64,000 nucleotides of DNA from Nitrospinales bacterium (GTDB lineage: Bacteria; Nitrospinota; Nitrospinia; Nitrospinales; JAJDAT01), in the NCBI GenBank assembly GCA_046757665.1, contig JBHHYO010000002.1, positions 43,129 to 107,128 on the forward strand. The letters run 5' to 3'. The translations under genes were made by a program, and so were the position numbers. The notes beneath the pieces were generated by a model. That model ran no database searches, was not told the DNA's origin, and was given only the letters and a program-made list of their open reading frames with translations. This document shows positions 1 to 9,113 of the stretch, piece by piece. Numbering within the stretch: position 1 is the first letter of the stretch; every line of letters starts with the position of its first letter.

Positions 1-822
1 CAATGCGCCGACTTGCAAAGTCTCAAGGCCGTGCTTTCCACCGGCTCTCCCCTCGACGCAGAAAGCTTTCGCTGGGTTTACGAAAATGTAAACCGGCACG
101 TTCAACTATCCTCCATAAGCGGCGGAACGGATATTATCTCCTGTTTTATGCTGGGCAACCCCATGTTTCCGGTAAGAGCTGGGGAAATTCAATGTCTCGG
201 CCTGGGCATGGATGTTGCGGCCCTGGATGAGCAAAACCATCCGGTTCTGAATCAAAAGGGGGAACTGGCCTGCCTGTCTCCCGCGCCGTCCATGCCGATT
301 CATTTCTGGGACGACCCGGACGGAGAAAAATATCGAGATGCTTATTTCAACAAAGTTCCCGGAGTATGGATCCATGGCGATTTCATAGAAATCAAGAAGC
401 ATGGAGGAGTCCTCGTTTACGGCCGGAGCGATGCAACGCTTAATCCCGGCGGAGTACGCATCGGCACCGCAGAGATTTACCGGATTGTCGAGCAGTTGGA
501 TGAAATCCAGGATAGCTTGATCATTGGCGTGGAAAAAGACACCGATATCCGAATGATTCTTTTTGTGGTGCTAGTCCATCCGTTGCGTCTGGAAGAACCC
601 CTGATGAAAAAAATCAAAAGCCGTCTCAAAACAGAAGCCAGCCCGCGCCATGTGCCGCAGGAAATCCACCAAGTCAAGGAAATCCCCCACACCCTCAATG
701 GGAAAAAAGTCGAACTCATCGTCCGCAACATATTTCAAGGAATCCCGGTAAGCAATAAAGACGCCCTCGCCAATCCCGACTGCCTGGCAGAATTTGAAGC
801 ACTCCGCTCGCAAAAAGCTTAA
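1..822 (+). CDS. Acetoacetate-CoA ligase (acetoacetyl-CoA synthetase), C-terminal part; 5' end lies outside the window
   Basis: Motifs STGSPL, SISGGTDIISCF, GEIQCLGLGM, PSMP, VWIHGDF, YGRSDATLNPGGVRIGTAEIY and GKKVE are typical of this ANL-family subgroup. Confidence 0.9.
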   Translation, partial: QCADLQSLKAVLSTGSPLDAESFRWVYENVNRHVQLSSISGGTDIISCFMLGNPMFPVRAGEIQCLGLGMDVAALDEQNHPVLNQKGELACLSPAPSMPIHFWDDPDGEKYRDAYFNKVPGVWIHGDFIEIKKHGGVLVYGRSDATLNPGGVRIGTAEIYRIVEQLDEIQDSLIIGVEKDTDIRMILFVVLVHPLRLEEPLMKKIKSRLKTEASPRHVPQEIHQVKEIPHTLNGKKVELIVRNIFQGIPVSNKDALANPDCLAEFEALRSQKA

Positions 823-989
823 ACGGATCGATCGAAGCCGAAATCACCAGCACATTCGGATGATGGCTTCCGCCTGTTTTATTACTTGGCATTACCGGTC
901 ATTCTATGTCAGGATATTATCGCCGCCCCTGGAACCGGCCGCGAGGGGCCTCTTTGGCTTGTACAGAAAGAACGATTTGGAGAAATAAA

Positions 990-1754
990 TTGTTTGTGGG
1001 TTCCAAGCTCTGGAAAGGGCAAAAACATTATCTCAACAAGATGACTCTGGCGGATCTGGTGGCGGCCTATTTCGCCTATCCCGCCATCCAGGCCTACCTT
1101 TCTCTCACCGCAGTCAGCATCGGGCTGACCCTCCTTTGGGCGAAAGATATCGGGGCCATCGTTCTGTCTGTCGGCGCGGCAGTGGTGATTTACGGATTAG
1201 TCTGGTACCTTCTGCACCGATTCATTCTCCACGGACAGTTTCTCTACAAATCGCCCCGCACGGCGGCTCTGTGGAAACGCATCCACTTCGATCATCATCA
1301 GGACCCCAACGACCTCGGTGTTTTGTTCGGCGCACTGCATACCACCCTGCCGACGATTTTTTTCATGACCGTCCCGATAGGCTGGCTGATCGGCGGCCCG
1401 GCCGGCGGCGCGGCGGCGTTCGCGGCGGGGCTGGTGACCACCTGTTATTATGAGTTCTGCCATTGCATCCAGCATCTGGCCTATACCCCAAAATGGGCCT
1501 TTCTCCGCCGCATCAAGAAACTTCACCTGGCGCATCATTTCCATAACGAGCAAGGCAATTACGGCATCACAAATTTTTTCTGGGACCGGCTCGCGGGAAC
1601 CTATTACCCAAGCACCAACCAAGTCCCACGTAGCGCCACCGTTTTCAACCTCGGTTATGTGAACAAGGAATCCGAGCAATTCCCCTGGGTGGCAGAACTG
1701 TCCGGCGCAAATGTTGACACCGATCCAGGTTGCGCCCAAAGAAAAACGGGCTAA
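990..1754 (+). CDS. Fatty acid hydroxylase / sterol desaturase family protein (candidate sphingolipid 2-hydroxylase)
   Basis: Four His boxes (HRFILH, HFDHH, HCIQH, HLAHH), NYGIT..FWD motif and hydrophobic helices. Start placed at TTG 990 after GGAG (979-982); the ORF track starts at 906. Confidence 0.85.
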   Translation: MFVGSKLWKGQKHYLNKMTLADLVAAYFAYPAIQAYLSLTAVSIGLTLLWAKDIGAIVLSVGAAVVIYGLVWYLLHRFILHGQFLYKSPRTAALWKRIHFDHHQDPNDLGVLFGALHTTLPTIFFMTVPIGWLIGGPAGGAAAFAAGLVTTCYYEFCHCIQHLAYTPKWAFLRRIKKLHLAHHFHNEQGNYGITNFFWDRLAGTYYPSTNQVPRSATVFNLGYVNKESEQFPWVAELSGANVDTDPGCAQRKTG

Positions 1755-1829
1755 ACCCAAACCACCGGCATCATAACTTGAGCAACTCCGCGGTTTCCCT
1801 ATAAAGAAACTTCCTGAACCGCCCTTCCT

Positions 1830-4241
1830 TCAGTTTCTTGGTTCCTTTCTTCTGTTGTACTTGTAAAAGACCAGCTTGTGCGTATCCAGCTCAAACAAGG
1901 CCGGCAACATGAACAACGCGCAAGCCGTGCACGTTAATATCCCCAATTGAACCAGGGAAGCGATGGACTGAATACCGGCGTGCGACGCAATATTCAAACT
2001 GCCGTATCCGGCCAGGCTGGTCAAAGCCGAAAGGATGATAGCGCTCCCCGTTTCTTTTAAGGAAGTCAACGATCCTTCTCGGGAATAATCCTGTATGTGA
2101 TGAGCCAGATAGATGCAATGATCAATCATGATCCCGACAATCGAAGGTAGCATAACGAAGTTGATGAAATTAAGCTTGATATGTGAAACGGACAACAAGG
2201 CACCCGTCAAGGTCAAGCCGGCAAACAAAGGCAAAAAAGTTTTTAAAGCCAACCGCATACTCTGCATGTCAATTACCAAAATTAAAAACACAAGGCCCAT
2301 GGCTATTGCAAGAGTCCAGGGGCCTTTAGTTTTCACCCAGTCCAGGATTTTTGCCGCGAGCAGGTTTTCATTCATAACCGCGGTCTGTATGTGCCTTGGC
2401 TCGAGAGCCCGTTTCAAGTCCTGGATTTCCTTTTCCAGTTGATAAATATTCCTCACGTCAAAAAAATCCTTTTCGGCAGGGGAAAGAATCAGAACCAGAT
2501 ACTCCTCCTGAACTTTAAACTTTTTAACAAGAATTTTCGGCACCCGGGATTCATCAAAAGGTTTGGGGTTGACCAGCCGCTGAAGCTTGCGGAACCTCGA
2601 TTCGCCAAGGGACAATTTAATAATATCTTTTTCCCTCTCAAATAGCTCCCGGATGCGGACAAGCACGTCCTTTTTCGATTCATATTCCCGTGCGCTAAAC
2701 AGATTCAGGGAATGATGCAATCCAATAGTGGAATTCTCCCCATTTTTCTTTTTGATCCTGGCCAGAGCCTGGTGAATATAAAAAAGGTTTTCCTTTTTCG
2801 GCGTGAGGATCAACGTGGGAGAAAATGCAAAACCGAAGTCCCTGGTAGTGGCCGTTTCATAATCTCCCGCCGGTGATTCGCCGCGTAATTTTTTGAAATC
2901 GTATTCAAATTGCACGCCAGGCAACAAAAAAAGGCTGGAAACCGTCAGCAACATAAAAAGAACCGTCAGGAAATAAGGCGTGTTTGAATAAAGCCTGGAA
3001 ATCTTCAACGTAAACAACCGGGGCCTGGGTTTTCCAACCCAATGGATTTTATTGTAAAAAAGCACCTGCGCGGGGAAGATAAAATGATAGGTAATAAAAG
3101 CAAGGGTGATCCCCATGGCGGCAATCATTCCGAACTCGGAGAATCCCCTGAATTCAGAAAAGATCAAAACGGAAAAGACACTGATGGTGGTAAACATGGC
3201 CACCATCGCGGATCGTCCTACCTGGGTCATAACCAGTTCCGTAGCGGCGGGAATGGATTTCCCCTTGACCAGTTCCTGTTTGAAGCGGATATAAAAATGA
3301 ATTCCATAATCGACCCCAAGCCCCAGGAGAATCGCAACTAAAAATCCTGTGACGATATTGACATGGCCGATGACCAACCGTGTCAACGCAAAGGTATACG
3401 TCAGGGACAAGAGAAGAGGAAAAATAATCAGCGGAATCGAAAACACCGAACGGGTATAAATCAAAATGAGGGCGGTGGTCAGAAAAACGGCCAAAACCGC
3501 CGAACGCTTCAAGTCGCGTATTACCGTTTGATTCTCCTCCAGCCTCACCATCAGGGACCCGGTCAATTTGATTTGAAGGCCGGGTATTTTGCTTTCCAAA
3601 CCGGAGCGGCGGATTTCTTCCCGAACCCGAGCGACAAAATTTTCTGTGAAGGTTGTGTCCGTTACGGTTCCTCTTGGCTGTACGAAAATGTAATAATTTT
3701 TTTTACTCTTTCCCCGGTAGTAAGGGTTGATCTCTTCAAACAGGTTGTAATCATCAGCCAAAGATTGAAGCCTTTCGGGATTGAACAGTTCGGTTCCCAA
3801 ACCAAAACCTCCCAGTTCCTCCCGGGCGTACTCGACCGCTTCCTGCATGAGGGACTCCAGTTCAAGTAAATCCTGCCTGGAAACCAAAAGGAGCTGTCGA
3901 TTGTTCAAATAATCCTTGGGAATATGGGAATCGACGTAATAAGTATCGGGCAATTTTTCCAACCGGCGCGTCAATTCATTCAGAACCATTGGAGCTTTAT
4001 TCTGGTTCAAACCTTCCAGAACAAGGACAAGGGGGCCGGAGCCTCCCGTCTTCTCGACCACATGATTGAACTCCTTGACCAGTTGCAGATTTTCGGGGAG
4101 AAGATTATCCATCCGCGGGTTGTACGTCAAACCCGACGCGATCATCAGCGAAAAGCCGCTTGAAACAACAGCCAGCGCCAAAAGAGTCCCCGGGTATTTT
4201 GAGGTGATGTTCTGATAAAACCATTTAAGAATTGTTTTCAT
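1830..4241 (-). CDS. MMPL/RND-family lipid transporter (HpnN-like architecture)
   Basis: About 803 aa with two repeats of TM + periplasmic domain + 5 TM. Motifs GLGVDYGIH and GIMIDHCIY. ATG 4241 overlaps the end of the upstream gene. Confidence 0.88.
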   Translation of the reverse strand: MKTILKWFYQNITSKYPGTLLALAVVSSGFSLMIASGLTYNPRMDNLLPENLQLVKEFNHVVEKTGGSGPLVLVLEGLNQNKAPMVLNELTRRLEKLPDTYYVDSHIPKDYLNNRQLLLVSRQDLLELESLMQEAVEYAREELGGFGLGTELFNPERLQSLADDYNLFEEINPYYRGKSKKNYYIFVQPRGTVTDTTFTENFVARVREEIRRSGLESKIPGLQIKLTGSLMVRLEENQTVIRDLKRSAVLAVFLTTALILIYTRSVFSIPLIIFPLLLSLTYTFALTRLVIGHVNIVTGFLVAILLGLGVDYGIHFYIRFKQELVKGKSIPAATELVMTQVGRSAMVAMFTTISVFSVLIFSEFRGFSEFGMIAAMGITLAFITYHFIFPAQVLFYNKIHWVGKPRPRLFTLKISRLYSNTPYFLTVLFMLLTVSSLFLLPGVQFEYDFKKLRGESPAGDYETATTRDFGFAFSPTLILTPKKENLFYIHQALARIKKKNGENSTIGLHHSLNLFSAREYESKKDVLVRIRELFEREKDIIKLSLGESRFRKLQRLVNPKPFDESRVPKILVKKFKVQEEYLVLILSPAEKDFFDVRNIYQLEKEIQDLKRALEPRHIQTAVMNENLLAAKILDWVKTKGPWTLAIAMGLVFLILVIDMQSMRLALKTFLPLFAGLTLTGALLSVSHIKLNFINFVMLPSIVGIMIDHCIYLAHHIQDYSREGSLTSLKETGSAIILSALTSLAGYGSLNIASHAGIQSIASLVQLGILTCTACALFMLPALFELDTHKLVFYKYNRRKEPRN

Positions 4242-5082
4242 TGCACAGCAAAAACCGATGAAGTCCGAGCGTTGTAATATATTGTGCCCCCATGAGGTAA
4301 GCCATGGGGACCAGGAAAACGTCAAGAACACCAAGAACGGCAAACAGGGCGATAAGAAAAAGAGGCAGGTCGAGACCGTTCCACTTCCAGACAGCCATCA
4401 TAAGTTTGGCTTTTTGGTAATACTGTTCCCGTTGCCGCTCCGTCAGCAGAGTTTTTTCAACAATGTTTTTTTTCTCTTCATCAAGCCGGCTGAAAGAAAG
4501 CCAGCGTCCCTGAAACAAAAACCGCTGAAACTGCAAGTAATAAAAATAACTCCGGAGAACAACGGACTTCTCCTTTCTCATTTTCTGAAAAGTTTCCAGA
4601 ATTTCCCTTTTATTCCCGTCGTATCCATCGCGCACCAACGTGGTCATGCTTTGTTTGCAATAATCGTAGGATATGGCCCGCAAAATAGTTAACAGCGCGA
4701 TGCAGGCCAGGGAACCATAGTATGCCCCCATGCCAACCATGATGCCGATGACGACGGCGCCATAAGCAATGTAACCGGCAATGCCGTCGAGGAGCCTTCC
4801 CCATTCACTTGATCGGCCCGTGGCTCGTGCAAGTTGTCCGTCCACGCAATCCAGGATCAGGGTAATCTCCAAAAGCACCCCTCCCCAAACCATCGACGAG
4901 ACACTCCCCCGGCTAAAGACGTACCCCGACCACATACCAAACAGAACGGAAGCATAGGTCACCTGATTGGGAGTGACCGCGGTTTTTTTCAAAAAGCCAA
5001 CCATGGCTCCGGCAACAGGCACATGCAAATAACGGTTGACCGGTTCTTCAAGGTCTTTCAGAAAATGGCCGGATTTTTCCAT
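4225..5082 (-). CDS. CDP-alcohol phosphatidyltransferase family protein
   Basis: TPNQVT and DCVDGQLAR...GRLLDGIAG, matching DxxDGxxAR-GxxxD with the last Asp replaced by Gly. Confidence 0.88.
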   Translation of the reverse strand: MEKSGHFLKDLEEPVNRYLHVPVAGAMVGFLKKTAVTPNQVTYASVLFGMWSGYVFSRGSVSSMVWGGVLLEITLILDCVDGQLARATGRSSEWGRLLDGIAGYIAYGAVVIGIMVGMGAYYGSLACIALLTILRAISYDYCKQSMTTLVRDGYDGNKREILETFQKMRKEKSVVLRSYFYYLQFQRFLFQGRWLSFSRLDEEKKNIVEKTLLTERQREQYYQKAKLMMAVWKWNGLDLPLFLIALFAVLGVLDVFLVPMAYLMGAQYITTLGLHRFLLCNENNS

Positions 5083-5094
5083 AAGGACGATGTA

Positions 5095-6102
5095 TTACAA
5101 CCAGCGATGATTCTTATACCAATCAAGCGTTTTCGCCAGTCCCGCATTTAAATCATAACGTGGCTGAAATTCATATTGATCCATGAATTTTTCGCATGAT
5201 GCGGTCCAGGAGCTTTGACAAATATCGATCAGCCTCTGCCTGTCCAGCAGAGCGGGTTTCGTGCCGAACCGCGCCAGCGTTTCGCAAAGCAATGCCAAAG
5301 GCATCAAGGCACCTTCCGGAACCCTCAGCGATCGCGCCTTCACACCAAGAGCCCGCATGGCCGCCTGAGCCACATCCTCCCATGAGTACGTATTGCCGTC
5401 GGTGACAAAAAAAATATTCTCCTCTTGCCGGGGAGCGGCCGCGGCCATGACCATGGCGCGCACCAGGTCGGCAACATAAATCAAGGAAAGGTCGCGCCGG
5501 GTTCGACCGATTTTAATGTTCCATCCGCGACTCACCGTCCTGAGATAGACGAAAAAATTGTTCTCCCTGGGACCGTAAACCACGGGGGGGCGTAGAATGA
5601 CGATGGGCAGGGAAGAGGAAAACTGTCGGGCGATTTCCTCCCCGGCAAGCTTGGATTGTCCATAAAATGTAAGAGGACGGCAGGGCGTTTCCTCATTAAC
5701 CGGTCGATCCGGCTCTGCCGGGCCAACGGCCGCCAGACTGCTCAAGTGAACGACCGCCTTGAGCCGTTTTCCACGGGCCACGCAGTTGCTGTAAAACGGA
5801 GAGCAGAGGTCGGCATTGATTCGGAAATATTCTTGCCGCGTTCTGGCTTGCGTCAATCCCGCGCAGTGAAACAAATATTCCGCATCTTCCAGGCCATCGC
5901 CAAGCCGTTCCAATCGAGTCAGGTCCGCAGTATGAAGATGTACCCGGGAGGAATCGAGCCAGCGAAGGTCACTGGTCTTGCGAACCAGACAATGGACCGT
6001 GCAACCGAGGCTTAGGAGATAATCAACCAGATGACTGCCGATAAACCCGGACGCGCCTGTGACCAGCACAGTGGCGGGGTCAATTTTCGCAGGTTCGTTC
6101 AT
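5095..6102 (-). CDS. NAD(P)-dependent epimerase/dehydratase, extended SDR (candidate ceramide reductase, CerR-like)
   Basis: VLVTGASGFIG, HCAG, SSLAA, YGQSK and RPPVVYGP motifs. ATG 6102 overlaps the 3' end of the GNAT gene. Confidence 0.8.
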   Translation of the reverse strand: MNEPAKIDPATVLVTGASGFIGSHLVDYLLSLGCTVHCLVRKTSDLRWLDSSRVHLHTADLTRLERLGDGLEDAEYLFHCAGLTQARTRQEYFRINADLCSPFYSNCVARGKRLKAVVHLSSLAAVGPAEPDRPVNEETPCRPLTFYGQSKLAGEEIARQFSSSLPIVILRPPVVYGPRENNFFVYLRTVSRGWNIKIGRTRRDLSLIYVADLVRAMVMAAAAPRQEENIFFVTDGNTYSWEDVAQAAMRALGVKARSLRVPEGALMPLALLCETLARFGTKPALLDRQRLIDICQSSWTASCEKFMDQYEFQPRYDLNAGLAKTLDWYKNHRWL

Positions 6103-7204
6103 AGATGCGGTGCCGCTTGTAAACATCGGCGCCCATTCGATAAAGAGGAGCCAACATCGCCTGGTTATCTTCCAAAATCCAGGACATTTCGCACAACGCA
6201 ACTTTTTGGTCTAGGCACCGCCTATAAGTCTTGTGATAAAAAGAAACATCAATTCCCAAGCGTTGGAACTTCTTTTTTACACCGAGGGTCAGAACCCGGT
6301 AGGAATCGATTTTCTTCCTGTTCATTAAAAACCTGGCCCATCCAAAGGGAAAGAGCTTGCCGTCCAGGGTTTTGAGCACTTGATTAATGTCGGGAAGAGT
6401 CAGGGAGAAACCCACCGGTTCATCCTTAATTTCCGCAATCAAACAAAACTCGGGCTCAATGAAATGTTTCATCTCATCGGCGGCAAAGTAAAATTCGTCG
6501 CGAGTCATGGGCGTGAACCCCCAGTTGCGCTCCCAGGCGGAATTATAAATTTCCCATAAAACGTCTATTTCTTTTTGAAACTGATCCATCCGCAGACAGC
6601 GCACGGTAAACCGGTTTCTTTTTTGAATTCGGACCATCGCTTGCTCCAGGTACTCCGGCATTCTTATGAAAGGCGCGATTTTCAGGCAAACAAGGTCTTT
6701 GGCTTTTGTCAACCCCCAGCCTTCCAGCAGGCTCGAATAATAAGGAGGATTATAAGGTATCCCCAACATGGGAGCCTTGTCGAATCCCTCTACAAGCAGG
6801 CCGCATTCGTGGTTGATGGAGAGGTTCATAGGGCCCAGAAGTTTTTTGAGTCCCTTCGCCCGGCACCCTTCATAGACGACATCCAGCAACCGGTCCGCCA
6901 CCTCCCGGTCGTCAATGGACTCAAACAGGCCGAAAAAACCGACTTCCTGCGAGTGAAACGTATTGTGTGCGTGATCTACGACAAAGGCAATCCGTCCCAC
7001 CGGTTGCCTGTTTTCCCCCAGAGCCAGAAAAAAATCGACTTCGGCATGGTCGAAGAACGGGTTGGCTTTTGGATCCAGAAATTTTTTGCGTTCCACAAGC
7101 AAGGGAGGAACCCATCGGGAGTCATTCTTGTAAATTTCCCAAGGCAACTTGATGAATGCGTGCTTGTCTGCCGGCGTTTCGACCTTTTGAATTTCCGGGC
7201 GCAT
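6080..7204 (-). CDS. GNAT-fold N-acyltransferase (bacterial ceramide synthase bCerS-like)
   Basis: WVPPL..ER, NPFF.HA, GRI, FG.FE..DD, GP.N.S.N.ECGLLVEGF, YNPPYY, W..NWGF.P.T, LPD.N and E.SWILEDN motifs of the bCerS-like GNAT family. It directly follows spt with a TAATG overlap. Confidence 0.82.
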   Translation of the reverse strand: MRPEIQKVETPADKHAFIKLPWEIYKNDSRWVPPLLVERKKFLDPKANPFFDHAEVDFFLALGENRQPVGRIAFVVDHAHNTFHSQEVGFFGLFESIDDREVADRLLDVVYEGCRAKGLKKLLGPMNLSINHECGLLVEGFDKAPMLGIPYNPPYYSSLLEGWGLTKAKDLVCLKIAPFIRMPEYLEQAMVRIQKRNRFTVRCLRMDQFQKEIDVLWEIYNSAWERNWGFTPMTRDEFYFAADEMKHFIEPEFCLIAEIKDEPVGFSLTLPDINQVLKTLDGKLFPFGWARFLMNRKKIDSYRVLTLGVKKKFQRLGIDVSFYHKTYRRCLDQKVALCEMSWILEDNQAMLAPLYRMGADVYKRHRIYERTCEN

Positions 7205-8532
7205 TACCGCGGAATAATTCCCAGCTCGGTGCCGAACTTCTTGAAAGCCGACAGCACCCGGTCGAGGTCTTCCCGAGTATGGGAAGAGGTGTAACTGGAA
7301 CGAATCATGGCATTGAGGGGGGGAACTACAGGGGATACCGCCACGCCCGCAAAAACTCCATCATTGAACAAAAGCTGGTTGAGATACAAAGTCAAGGCTT
7401 CGTCGCCAATCTTGATGGGAACGATGGGAACCTGATTGTTGTTGATCTGGAAACCCATCTCGAAAAATCCCTTTTTGATATAAGAGGTATTTTCATGCAA
7501 CCGGTCGATGCGTTCGGTTTCCCGGCTCATAACGTCGAGGGCGGCGATCACTCCGGCAACCGACGCAGGCGGCAAGGCCGCCGTAAAAATAAACGCCGAG
7601 GCCTTGTGGCGGATAAACTCGGTGACCTTGGAATTGGCCGAAACGAAACCACCAATGGACCCCAGGCTCTTGGAAAAAGTCCCGACATAAATGTCGATTT
7701 CCTTTTCCAGGTCGAAATAACTTGTCAACCCTTTTCCACGGTCTCCCATAACGCCCAGCCCGTGAGCCTCATCCACCAGAACGCTGGCCCCATAGTCTTT
7801 CGCCAGCTTGACGATGCCGGGAAGATTGGCCACATCACCGCTCATGCTGAACACACTGTCCGTAATAATCAGTTTGCCGTCAACATCGGCATACCTCTTC
7901 AGACAGTACTCCAGATGATCCATGTCATTGTGCCGATAGCGCACGGTCTTGCCCGGCGCAATGGCGCACCCCTCATAAATGCTGGCATGATTTTCGCGGT
8001 CCGAAAAAGCAATGTCCTTGCGTCCCAGCAAACACGAGATGGTCCCCTGATTGGCCTGGAATCCGGTGGACATAACAATCGTGTCCTCGCGGCCGAGAAA
8101 ATCCGACAACGTCTTTTCCAACGTCCTGTGCAGGGTAAGGGTGCCGTTGAGAAACCGACTGCCGGTACAACCCGCGCCGAATTTTTCCAGCGCCTTTGTC
8201 GCCGCGGCAATTACGCGGGGATCCTTGGTCAAGCCCAAATAATTATTGGTCGAAACGGTTATAACGTCCCTGCCTTCGATAACCACATGAGCGCCATCCA
8301 TCTCCTCGGTCTCGCGGAAATACGGATAAATGCCCAAATCCTTGGCTTGATCGGGAGCGTCATAACTGAAACACTTGGAAAGAATGCCCTCGCCTTCCTT
8401 GGTCAGAAGCCGCAAGTGCGCATTCTCAAAATCGAACTTCTTCTTTAATAAAGAAATAATTTTGTCACGTTTCAGATGAGGCGGGGTGTCTTCCGGAGTT
8501 TCGTCCAGAACCGGCTGATGAAGATTTTTCAC
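7204..8532 (-). CDS. spt: Alpha-oxoamine synthase, serine palmitoyltransferase-like
   Basis: GIYPYFR, NNYLGL, GCTGSRFLNGT, STGFQAN, NHASI, DEAH and the PLP-lysine motif GTFSKS (Spt-type, versus GTLGKA/TFGKA in Kbl/BioF). Genomic context includes bCerS-like and CerR-like genes. Confidence 0.82.
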   Translation of the reverse strand: MKNLHQPVLDETPEDTPPHLKRDKIISLLKKKFDFENAHLRLLTKEGEGILSKCFSYDAPDQAKDLGIYPYFRETEEMDGAHVVIEGRDVITVSTNNYLGLTKDPRVIAAATKALEKFGAGCTGSRFLNGTLTLHRTLEKTLSDFLGREDTIVMSTGFQANQGTISCLLGRKDIAFSDRENHASIYEGCAIAPGKTVRYRHNDMDHLEYCLKRYADVDGKLIITDSVFSMSGDVANLPGIVKLAKDYGASVLVDEAHGLGVMGDRGKGLTSYFDLEKEIDIYVGTFSKSLGSIGGFVSANSKVTEFIRHKASAFIFTAALPPASVAGVIAALDVMSRETERIDRLHENTSYIKKGFFEMGFQINNNQVPIVPIKIGDEALTLYLNQLLFNDGVFAGVAVSPVVPPLNAMIRSSYTSSHTREDLDRVLSAFKKFGTELGIIPR

Positions 8533-9113
8533 GGCTTCGAAATTATCCTTTTAGGTTGGAGTTTAAATTTGAGAAACCAGGAGCTTCTCTGAAGGCTCGA
8601 CAGACACGGTTTCTCAGGATCTTTTTCTATTCACCGGAAACTCTTTAATTATTTCCCAACGCAAATCACGCAAGGGTAACATTAAATGCCCGTTTTGACA
8701 AGCGAAACTATAAATTTTCGCAAATCATCGCTTAATTTAATTAAATTTAACTGCAACTCAAAAGCCGATTCGTTAACATTCCCGAAAACATCCAACTACA
8801 AATTTCCCTCCACGCCCCTTTTCCGGGCCGTTGAACAACGACTCAAAAATCATCTTCACCAAAAACCTGCCGCACTTTCAACGAAGCGACCCGGTTTGCG
8901 CCGCACTTTTTCCTTAACGGCATCTTGCCGCTATTTATGACCCCGCCCACGCAAGAACTTTCCGGCGCGGAGGTTTTATAAAACCCGCCAAGGGAGACTT
9001 ATGAAATCCGAAGGCTTGTAAAGGAGCAGATGAAACGAGAAAGCGGCCGGGAAAAAACCGCGACACGAATCCGCGAAAGACCCGGACGCCAAACGGATAA
9101 GGCTGGCACGAAA

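Noticed and set aside
7156-8448. Long antisense ORFs (also 10493-12043, 23313-24890, 42331-43947, 41387-42676, 37808-38854 and others)
   Set aside because: They are shadow frames opposite well-supported genes in GC-rich DNA and show no recognisable motifs.
7204-8532. Annotation as bioF or kbl
   Set aside because: The GTFSKS, GIYPYF and GSRFLNGT motifs plus the bCerS/CerR-like neighbours fit Spt better, and no bio or tdh genes are nearby.
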